DNA from: Macrostomum lignano
Lineage: Eukaryota
NCBI GenBank assembly: GCA_002269645.1
Contig: NIVC01002230.1
Coordinates: forward strand, 89,285-153,284
Direction: 5' to 3'
DNA: 64,000 nt
The notes below the pieces were generated by a model that did not search any database, was not told the origin of the DNA, and saw only the letters and a program-made list of their open reading frames with translations. Below, piece by piece: positions 54,486-64,000 of this stretch. The position numbers and the translations under genes are program-made. The number at the start of each line of letters is the position of its first letter. The first letter of the stretch is position 1.

Positions 54486-54894
54486 TTGTCGCGTCGTTTA
54501 ACTAAGAGTTCACCTGAGTGGCACGATGATTTGGTAAAATAAACGATATCTCAGTTTCGATATATTATTCATAAACGATGCTAACACAAACGATGCTCAA
54601 TATATAATTATTAACGCACTGGGGTGGCGGGGCGCACGGGACACGAAGCCGGGGTGGTGGGTACACTGGATGTACAGTCAATATTTCAATAGTTAATCAG
54701 CTAGCCACTAGTCAAAAGTACAGCGGCAGAATCCAGCGCTGCCTCATTTTCAATATAGTGTCAGGAGATGTTCAAGATAGTGTCAGGTGTTGAATATAGT
54801 GTCAGGAGATTTTCAATATAGTGTCAGGAGATGTTAAATATAGTGTCAGGTGTTGAATATAGTGCCAGGTGTTAAATACGAGTCGTGTAATGTC

Positions 54895-55172
54895 AATGTG
54901 TTGAATAGTGTCAGGCTGTGCTGAATAGTGTCACGCTGTGCTGAATTGTGTCAGGCTGTGCTGAATAGTGTCAGGCTGTGCTGAATTGTGTCAGGCTGTG
55001 CTGAATTGTGTCAGGCTGTGCTGAATAGTGTCATGTGCTGAATAGTGTCAGGCTGTGCTGAATTGTGTCAGGCTGTGCTGTATAGTGTCAGGTGCTGAAT
55101 TGTGTCAGGCTGTTCTAAATTGTGTCAGGCTGTGCTGAATTGTGTCAGGCTGTGCTGAATAGTGTCAGGTGT
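54895..55172. repeat. Minisatellite, 20-bp unit (TGTCAGGCTGTGCTGAATWG)
   Basis: Visible tandem array. Confidence 0.92.
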
Positions 55173-56049
55173 TTAATAGCGTAAGGCAACGTAGCACAGT
55201 GCATAACCTATTTCAACGCGCATTGGTAAGTTACCAAAGTGAGTTGCGCTGCAGTATTCTGCAGTTTTATTATTGCGCCATAAAGTTGGCGAAAACCGAC
55301 CGGAATTTCTGTTGAAAATTGTGCCAAGCCGAGTCTCGGTTTCTGAAATCAAAGGTCGGCTCTTCAATTTATTTAGTTCCGAAGAAGTTCAGCGCGGTTT
55401 GTCATCATTATCTTAATCTGGTATACACAAAGTGCAGCGGCCACTGGTCATATTTCATGTCGCGCTGGTTTTTGGGCAGAAAGCGGTGCTCGGTGGATCG
55501 ATAAAGTTCGAGTGGCAATGGAGCACCGCGCACCTTTGCCAGGTAGGAGAGAAGGCAAGAGTTGTAAACCGGGGGCCAACATCTGCGAATGCCTGTCCGA
55601 GGGCGCAAAATTTTCGGCTTCGCTCGCTTCGATCATTGCTTGGGGCCTGGGAGCCTCAACTTGCTTTCCATCCCCAGGCCAGACAGAGGTTTGCTGGTCC
55701 GCGGCACCCACCCCCTCCGGGCCAGCGCAGTTCCAGCCACGAGTGTGCAATGCGCCAGCTCTCGTGTACATGTCCAGCCTAAATAATGCGATCTGCACGT
55801 TGCGGCCTCTCACCCACAGCTGGGTTGCCTTTTTACTTTTCTATCGATCCTTTTTTCTTTCGCGCGCCGTCGTTTGTTTCTTCCAGCCAGTCGCAACTCC
55901 CACCCTGCAGCTGGCTGGCTGGGGCTGCCCATCGCAAAAAACCGCGCATATAAAACAGCCGCTGCACCGACAGACCCCGGCCGCTTTTACTGCCAGGCTC
56001 TCTTCTTCTTCAGCCTAGAAACTCTTCTGTGTTTCAAGCAAGCGAAGCA

Positions 56050-58299
56050 ATGCAGAAGCCGCAGAAGTACGACTGGAAAGACTCCAACCTTGCTCTGTTC
56101 GGCAGCAAGACCGAGAAGGATGTGAAAAGTGAGGTCATTAATGAATCATGCTGTTGTAGGTTAAGCTACCTCATTGTAGCCAGAAGCGTTCAAGTAGGCC
56201 AAGTTGAAGAGTCACTGGTCACTGGTAGATTCTTATAGAAACTTCAGCTGTGGGGATGTTTACTTCAATATAGTGGATTCAAGAAATCCGTTTCGGTCAT
56301 CACTAGCGTGTCTTGAGTCTTAATCGTAGATCAACCTTGGACAAAGCACGTACTTGTTGCTTCCTTTAAACTTCGAAAGTCCACAAGGTCGGAAGTTGAC
56401 CAAGTCAGACAAAAACTGACTTGGAATAATTTTGCCCGCAGAGGCCGCGTCCGAGGTCGAGACGGCCTGGCAGCCGGTGAAGGAGTGCACCAGCGACGAG
56501 CTCTTCGTGTGGCGCATCGAGAAGTTCAAAGTAAAGGCCTGGCCCAAGGAGGATTACGGCAAGTTCTTCAGCGGCGACTCCTACATCGTGCTCAATGTGT
56601 ACAAGGACCCCGACGGTGATGAGCTGCTCTACGATGTGCACTTCTGGATTGGAAAGCACAGCACTCAGGTGCGGGAGCTTTTGAGCACTAGATGTAGCAC
56701 TAGCAGTTAGCGTTTCATTAAGCTTAAATCTTGAATGTCCTCAATCAGGACGAGTACGGCACGGCCGCCTACAAGACCGTGGAGCTGGACACCTTCCTGG
56801 ACGACAAGGCCGTACAGCATCGCGAGGTTCAGGAGCACGAGTCCTCGATGTTCAAGTCCTACTTCAAGACCATCACGTAAGCGAGTGGGCTAGATTAGCA
56901 ATCCATTCTATGCCCTACATCCATGTCAGGCTAGATTCTCAGTTTACTGTAGTCTTTCTTCCATTTTTGCTAGATTAAAAATCCACTTTCCCAACCTCTC
57001 GCTGCGCCGAAAGTTATCTCAAGGGCGGCTGCGCCACCGGCTTTCGGCAGGTGAAGCCTGAGGAGTACAAGCCCCGACTGCTGCACTTCTGCGGAGTCCG
57101 GCGCAACATCGAGGTCAAGGAGGTCAAGCTGACCAGGAAAGCTCTCAACTCCAATGACGTTTCATCCTGGACCTCGGCCGCACCGCCTACCAGTGGAACG
57201 GCAAAACCTGCAACAAGGACGAGCGCATCAAGGCCGCCGCTTTCCTGCAGCAGCTGGAGAATGAGCGCCACGGCAAGACGCAGACTTTCACCCTGGATGA
57301 GAACAGCATCGGCTCCGAGCACAAGTTCTACCAGAGCCTGCCGGACGTGCCCTACGCCAAGAAATCCTCGGAGGTGAAAAGCGATGTGCGCAGCGGCAAG
57401 AAGGCCATGTTCAGGTGCGCATCTGTTGGCTGATGCTGGCCTGTCTTGCACCCACCCCATCCTCCGCACGGGCTTCAGTCCCGCACCCACCTTATCCTCC
57501 GCACGGGCTTCAGTCCCGCACCCACCCCATCCTCCGCACATGTTTCAGTCCCGCACCCACCTTATCCTCCGCACAGGTTTCAGTCCAGCACCCACCCCAT
57601 CCTCCGCACAGGTTTCAGTCCCGCACCACCCCATCCTCCGCACATGTTTCAGTCCCGCACCCACCCCATCCTCCGCACGGGCTTCAGTCCCGCGCTCTCA
57701 CCCATTCTCTCTCTATCTCACTCATCTCACCGTCTCATCTTACCATAGGCTGTCGGACGAGTCGGGCAAGCTGCAGTACTCGCTGGTCTCTGAAGGCAAC
57801 TGCCCCAGGTCCATGATCAATGAGGATGTAAGCGTAACTTTAGTTCTCAGCTACTTTATGAGTAGTATTGGTTGCAGATCATCACATACTTGACCGTTCG
57901 CACGTCCAGGATGTGTACATCATCGACACCGGCGTGGAAATTTTCGTATACGTCGGCGCCAGGGCCTCGGACGCTGAGAAGATGAACGCGCTGCAGTATG
58001 CTCATGTGAGTGATTGCTCGAGTTTGAGATAACTTTATTAAGTTAGTTTGTGCGGTGGGGGGGGCTGTGCCTTTGGAGTTCAAATTCAGAGAGTTATAGT
58101 ATGCATTACCCGCTGAGCTAATCTGCACCCCAGCGTTTAAGATAGTCTCTCACAAGACCCCACGATGAGGCTCTCTACTAGACAGCTGGTCCATTTCGAA
58201 CCGCAGGACTACCTGAAGACCACGCAGCATCCGCTGATTCCGGTGACGGCCTGCCGCGGCAACATGAAGAACCCACAGATGGAGAAGGTCCTGGACTGA
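56050..58299 (+). CDS. Three-domain gelsolin-like (severin/fragmin-type) actin-severing protein, 7 exons
   Basis: Exons 56050-56128, 56442-56668, 56749-56876, 57014-57414, 57749-57827, 57910-58005 and 58207-58299. Motifs [64 protein letters not shown]. One T is missing at 57160-57162 (DVF-ILD). Confidence 0.93.
57450..57695. repeat. Intronic ~35-bp repeats (CCGCACCCACCCCATCCTCCGCACGGGCTTCAGTC)
   Basis: Array in gelsolin intron 4. Confidence 0.88.
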
Positions 58300-59673
58300 T
58301 CGCTAACGAATCCTACTAATAGTAATAACAAGAACAAGACTGCTCGCTTCCTATGCGAACCCAGCAGCGCTAATCCGGGCCCGGTAGCTGATCAGCTGCC
58401 TGCATGTGGGCACCGTCTGTTCAGTACTTATGCCATTTAATCTGCTGAATAACTTCTGATTAGTTGAACATTTAGCCCTATACATGTAATTTATTATAAT
58501 GATCAGCTGACCGCAGCTCTCACTAAACTTTTTAGTCGGTTTTCAATACTCTGCAATCAGTTTTATTTATTTAAAGCAATTTCAAGCAATTTTAAGCTGG
58601 CTTATCAGCTTTTAATTAATAATCTTATTAATAATGGAAACATTAATAAACACGCGGTGCCAGTCAACTACCGCATAAAATACCACAGCTAACGGATTTT
58701 ATATTTCTCACCTGCTGTGTTTCATTGGAAATTGATTTACAATCTTGCCAATTTAAACAAAAAAAAACAGTTGTAATGGGAAAAAATGCAGGCTTTTTAA
58801 AGTTACGACCCAGGAATAGCGGTTTGTCACGGAATGATTTTGTCCGATTTTTTCGAAAAGGAATTCGAAAATTGTTATTGTTGAAGAGCGGCAATCCATT
58901 TTAGCTCGTAACATCCATCTGGAAGTCTGAAGAAGCCTGTCTCATTTCCAATATTCAATGATGAGGCATTTCAACCTTAGTTTGTTCCCAAGGGTCCAAG
59001 CCACATCCCAATGTCTGCTTCCAGCCTTCTTCCCCGAACAAAGAACTGCGTTTAATTCGAGACTGCACTTATTGGAATTCTTCAAACACGAATTACCTGG
59101 TCAGTGTGACTCGATCTCCAACGGTGTGCGTGTGCCCAGCTAGAAGCCCCTGGATATCTGTTCATGCCGTCATGCTTCAGTCTTCCCCAAATTGATCGGG
59201 AAGACGTAAATTTTTTTTGATTATAAGCGCAGACTTTCGTTAAGTCACTCCAAACGGAATGCCGATGGCGCCAAACTGGATTCATCTCTGATCGAAGGGC
59301 TCCGTCTAGTAAACAAATACTCTCTCTATTATCTTCAAAATTTCATTTCTGTCAAAGCCTCGCTAAAAACTAGCTTATTTTGCACCAGCTAGCATTGAAA
59401 ATTACGCAATAGAGTTGAATGACGAAAACTGTTTGCACTCGATGGCATTGACCATTTTTAGCTAAGAACAGCAAAGTTTATGTTTAACTTTTGTCAAAAA
59501 TATTTCATTACCACGCTAATTGTTACTGCGTCAAATATTGTGACGCCAATAAACAGCAGGTGATAAAATATTTCTCCTTGGCATTTAAATACTATAAAAA
59601 GCAGCTAGCTCTCCGCAACGAATCGCCACTCTACACTCTCAGAAAATCTCCAACCGCATTCTCCAACTCTGCA

Positions 59674-60777
59674 ATGGTACTCAGACAGCCCGCAATGCTA
59701 AGCTCTTTGCTGGCCGCCATCGCCTGCTGCATCATTTGTGCTTCAGTCGACTGCGAGAAAGTCAGCAGTGCGAATAGAATAATAATCAGGTACCCACCAT
59801 CTAGATGGATCCGGTACGGAGGCAACGCCAAGAGCATGTCGAGAAGGATCAGGATCGGAGGCAACGCCAAGAGCATGTCTAGAAGGATCAGGATCGGAGG
59901 CAACGCCAAGAGCATGTCTAGAAGGATCAGGATCGCAGGCAACGCCAAGAGCTTGTCGAGACGGATCAGGATCGGAGGCAACGCCAAGAGCATGTCGAGA
60001 AGGATCAGGATCGGAGGCAACGCCAAGAGCATGTCGAGACGGATCAGGATCGGAGGCAACGCCAAGAGCTTGTCGAGACGGATCAGGATCGGAGGCAACG
60101 CCAAGAGCATTTCTAGAATGATCAGGATCGGAGGCAATGCCAAGAGCATGTCGAGACGGATCAGGATCGAAGGCAACGCCAAGAGCATGTCGAGAAGGAT
60201 CAGGATCGGAGGCAACGCCAAGAGCATGTCGAGACGGATCAGGATCGGAGGCAACGCCAAGAGCTTGTCGAGACGGATCAGGATCGGAGGCAACGCCAAG
60301 AGCATGTCGAGAAGGATCAGGATCGGAGGCAACGCCAAGAGCTTGTCGAGAAGGATCAGGATCGGAGGCAACGCCAAGAGCATGTCGAGAAGGATCAGGA
60401 TCGGAGGCAACGCCAAGAGCATGTCGAGAAGGATCAGGATCGGAGGCAACGCCAAGAGCATGTCGAGACGGATCAGGATCGGAGGCAACGCCAAGAGCTT
60501 GTCGAGAAGGATCAGGATCGGAGGCAACGCCAAGAGCATGTCGAGAAGGATCAGGATCGGAGGCAACGCCAAGAGCATGTCGAGAAGGATCAGGATCGGA
60601 GGCAACGCCAAGAGCATGTCTAGAAGGATCAGGATCGAAGGCAACGTCATGAGCATGTCGAGAAGGATCAGGATCGGAGGCAACGCCAAGAGCATGTCGA
60701 GACGGATCAGGATCGGAGGCAACGCTAAGAGCATGTCTAGACGGATCAGGATCGGAGGCAACGCCAAGAGCATCTAA
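59674..60777 (+). CDS. Putative secreted cationic tandem-repeat protein (signal peptide + about 25 x IRIGGNAKSMSRR), 367 aa
   Basis: Hydrophobic N-terminus MLSSLLAAIACCIICASVDC; 39-bp units without indels; recurrent variants are silent (TCG/TCT, AGG/CGG) or conservative (Met/Leu). Confidence 0.7.
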   Translation: MVLRQPAMLSSLLAAIACCIICASVDCEKVSSANRIIIRYPPSRWIRYGGNAKSMSRRIRIGGNAKSMSRRIRIGGNAKSMSRRIRIAGNAKSLSRRIRIGGNAKSMSRRIRIGGNAKSMSRRIRIGGNAKSLSRRIRIGGNAKSISRMIRIGGNAKSMSRRIRIEGNAKSMSRRIRIGGNAKSMSRRIRIGGNAKSLSRRIRIGGNAKSMSRRIRIGGNAKSLSRRIRIGGNAKSMSRRIRIGGNAKSMSRRIRIGGNAKSMSRRIRIGGNAKSLSRRIRIGGNAKSMSRRIRIGGNAKSMSRRIRIGGNAKSMSRRIRIEGNVMSMSRRIRIGGNAKSMSRRIRIGGNAKSMSRRIRIGGNAKSI

Positions 60778-63115
60778 GCTTGCAGCAATTCGTGAATTCC
60801 AGAAATCCCACAATATTTGCCAATTGCGTCTGTTTTTACTCGGGCTTTTTTTTGAATCCCCATTTCGGTTTCGGTTTTATTTATTTCAATAGATGTCCTA
60901 ATATTTGATCTGTAGAAGATGCTACAGTTAATGTTACTGCTGTTCAATTCTTAGTTCCATTTTTTCAAGTAGCCATCGTGTCTTGATTCAGCAGATAAAA
61001 TTTAGTCTATTTGTTTTAGGTACAAGTTAACAATCGCTCTGCAAAATCATAAAGTTTTCAGGATTAAAGTCAGAGTTGGCCAACTCTCTTTCAGCTAAAT
61101 TTAATCCAAATTAATTCTGCTCTTTCACAGCGTAAGGTGTTTTATTAGGCCAGGACGAAGAGTGGTTGGCTAGAATAAAGACAATGTCAGCTATGATCTT
61201 CTATATGTCTCTCGCAACTCGCGATAGCCAAGAACCAGTTCTTTGTGTTTTTTAACTTCTTCAGCTGGCGTTAACAATTGAGTAGGAATTCAGCCTCGTA
61301 GAGACTTAGTTAATGAAGAGTTAAAGCAGTGCGAATGTGTGAATCGCTCGCATATACTGAAAGAGACAGCTTTTTAAATTATTTCATTACTTGTGTGTTT
61401 GAACTCTCAATCAACGAATTCAGCTGTTCGGGATACATATTTGACCTTGAGCTTCGATAAATGACTGCCAGGGAGACCGAAAACAATCCAATTATTAATC
61501 GCCTAGGCATTCGGCTACTTCTGTCAGGCGCAAGCATTCAGTTGGACTGTAATGAAGTGATGTACTTTCGGCCCTAAAGTTTCTATTCAGCTTTGAATGT
61601 ATTAATAACTGATGGATATGCTCAAACTAGCAAAAGCTGTAGAGTATTGGCTGTAATTTACTATGACAGCATCCTTTAATGCGAAAGACTGAGAAAATGA
61701 CATACAAACCCTTATCAAACCAAGTGTTGTGCAATCGTGCCCTTTCTCGCCCTCCTGCCCCGCCCCAACCCTCCAGTCTGCCCCACCCCTCCAATCAATA
61801 ATCAACGCGTACGCCGATCACGCCACCCCGCCCCACCTCCCCTGCTGTACCGTACATTTGTTCTTAAGTTATATTCATGTACGCGTAGGACCAATGAAAA
61901 ATATAGTCGCTGTCTGGAGGGCAGACTCCTCCCTTGCGCGCGTTGGTCCGCCTCCGTTGGCTATTGACTAAACGACTCGTCGATCTACCATAAAAAGTGC
62001 ACGGCGAACTGCATCGGCTACGGTGTGTAAGTTCGTGTTCGCGAGTTACTGTCCTTTTTCTGCTTCTCCCTAGGGCGCGGGACGGGAGCTCTGACTGGGG
62101 ACGTGGGGGTCGCAGCTTCCCGACAGGTTAAAGCTGTAGGCGTTGCTCCGGAGGACGGGGGCTCACAACACAAGCAAGAAGCTGCGCCTTTCTTCGCTTT
62201 CCTCCCTTTGCTCGCTCGCCCTTGCTCACTCTTGTACTTGCATTAAATACGTAATCTCAGACCTGAGTAGACAATCTCCAACGACGACAGGTCGACAGGA
62301 AGTTTACAACGGAACTTCTTGGAGTCACCAGATTTTTTTCCTCATTGTTGAATCGTAACAAGCTTCTTACTTGGAGTGCCTTCTCTATATTACAGTTCCT
62401 TTTGTAAGGTAGAGAGACTATCTAGTCCTAGCATTAAGCTTACCCACAGCCACACCGACTTGTGCAGACTGGCTCGCAGCAAAAATTTTGTCCAAATCAA
62501 ATGTAAGACTGCAGAGTACTATTACTGCTGAGTATTAAAGACACTTGTCGGTGAGATCTTTACAAGCTACGAGCTATATAGCCTGCTTTAGAATATTGAT
62601 TTTGTGGCTATTTGTGGCTCGGCAGGAGCAGTCGCGATGCTTGGTGAGGTCAAAGAAGCTTCTCAGCTGGATAACCCACTTGGGAATCGCGTTGACTTGT
62701 CACTTCTTGGTTCCAGTTCATCGTTCTGTCGAAGGTCTCAACTTCAGACAGGATAAAAACGGCAGTTTTGTGCACCCCGTGTAGTCGCTGGGACTTTGAT
62801 CTCGTTTGATTTGAAGCAGAGCCAGCCTGTAAGTGTATGCATAGTGCCTAGTTTCGTTAGATTTTGACAGATCATTTGATTTAAGGGTGACCAATTGCCT
62901 TATCTACTGTCGTTTTAGTGTATAAATTGTGCGGAAGATCCGTTACGTTGAGCCCTCTATCGAGTTTTTTGTCTGTTTGTGTGAAAAAAGTTTCAACCAC
63001 TATCAGCTGCAGAAGACTTGAATACACACTGCCTTTTGTATTGAATACGGGAAATACGTGCACACTACATAGGTGCAGTGCTTACGAGCGTATTTCCTCT
63101 GCCAGGTACACGCAG

Positions 63116-63632
63116 GCAGGGGCGTAGCCAGGAATTTTGATTGGGGGGGCCGTGAGTTAGGGGGCGCCAGCTTCTTATAGGGGGGCGCCAGTTTCTTTTA
63201 GGGGGGGGCGCCAGTTTCTTATAGGGGGGCGCCAGTTTCTTTTAGGGGGGGGCGCCAGTTTCTTTTAGGGGGGGGGCGCCAGTTTCTTTTAGGGGGGGGC
63301 GCCAGTTTCTTTTAGGGGGGGGCGCCAGTTTCTTATAGGGGGGCGCCAGTTTCTTTTAGGGGGGGGGCGCCAGTTTCTTTTAGGGGGGGACGCCAGTTTC
63401 TTTTAGGAGGGCCGGGGGCACCAGTTTCTTTTAGGGGGGGGCGCCAGTTTTTTATAGGGAGGGGGGGCGCCAGTTTCTTTTAGGGGGGGGGCGCCAGTTT
63501 CTTTTAGGGGGGGCGCCAGTTTCTTTAGGGGGGGGCGCCAGTTTCTTTTAGGGGGGGGGCGCCAAGGCCAGAGTTGGTTGATTGGGGGGGGGCCACGGCC
63601 CCCCTTGCCCCCCCCCTCCTGGCTACGCCCCT
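63116..63632. mobile_element. hAT-type MITE with an internal G-rich tandem array
   Basis: TIR AGGGGCGTAGCCAGGA...TCCTGGCTACGCCCCT; 8-bp TSD ACACGCAG (63108-63115 and 63633-63640); internal GGGGGCGCCAGTTTCTTTTA repeats. Confidence 0.85.
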
Positions 63633-64000
63633 ACACGCAGCAGCAGCCACTAGCTCGCGCCGCCAAACTGACACTATCGCACGAGTGTGCGTCCTCCGCT
63701 TGAGCAGAGGTTGGAAGCCTGCGGTTAATTCTGCAACCAGCCGTCAAGGGGTCTTTTTTTATCGAATCAGATAAGCAAGGAAAATCTTCAACTAGTGATT
63801 TTCGAGAAGCAATGAAGTACAGCTACATGGAAGCATTTTATAAATAAACCTGTAAATTATGCAGTAGCTGCCTTTTCGGCAGTGACAGAAATGTACTGCG
63901 AATCGAACAGGGCAAGCTCAAATTGGCATTACGGACGGTGACCTGAAAGCAGCAGAGAGGCTGCTTACTGTCCAGCCCCATTCTGCTGATCTGAAGATCC

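Larger units (their letters stand above)
48630..54746 (-). mobile_element. Ty3/Gypsy LTR retrotransposon, Mag-like clade, decayed, with two nested DNA transposons
   Basis: LTRs at 48630-48891 and 54487-54746 (roughly 9-10 differences). 5-bp TSD TTTTC. G-rich polypurine tract at 48892-48904. Gag has CGFCGANHPRGNCPAYGKKCFKCQKRNHFAAVC; PR QVDTGA; RT YQDD; RH TDHRPL; IN VHMD...SDNAAEF. Confidence 0.95.

Noticed and set aside
59631-60813. Minus-strand ORFs over the 39-bp array
   Set aside because: They are antisense shadows; the silent variants and the signal peptide favour the + frame.
61000-63100. Short ORFs near the window end
   Set aside because: No recognisable motifs, coding-style codon bias or consistent splice chain.

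Overview
Eukaryotic (animal) genomic DNA with GC-rich exons, GT-AG introns and very dense minisatellites. The style suggests a flatworm such as Macrostomum, but that is inference only. Host genes, reconstructed by hand from splice sites: FoxJ2/3 (-), a disabled PAN-like+fibrinogen-domain gene (-), an FAD-dependent oxidoreductase (+), a 77-aa membrane protein (+), an intact 354-aa G-alpha-o (-), ZCCHC9 (+), RNA polymerase III subunit RPC7 (+), a three-domain gelsolin-like protein (+), and a secreted cationic protein made of about 25 copies of a 13-aa repeat (+). There are three full-length Ty3/Gypsy LTR retrotransposons with target-site duplications (TSDs), one older Gypsy remnant, about eight non-autonomous DNA transposons (three nested inside the retroelements) and a SINE-like element. 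Most entries in the ORF track are antisense or repeat-derived artefacts. The best leads are the secreted IRIGGNAKSMSRR-repeat protein, a 42-nt tRNA-Ser copy at one primer-binding site (PBS) with a G at the m1A58 position, a 47-copy array seeded from the RPC7 stop codon, GGG-ended foldback elements with 8-bp TSDs (one carrying telomere-like repeats), and a CpG-retaining zone between divergent genes. Single-base frameshifts in several otherwise conserved ORFs may be assembly errors. No CRISPR, rRNA or complete tRNA gene was found.
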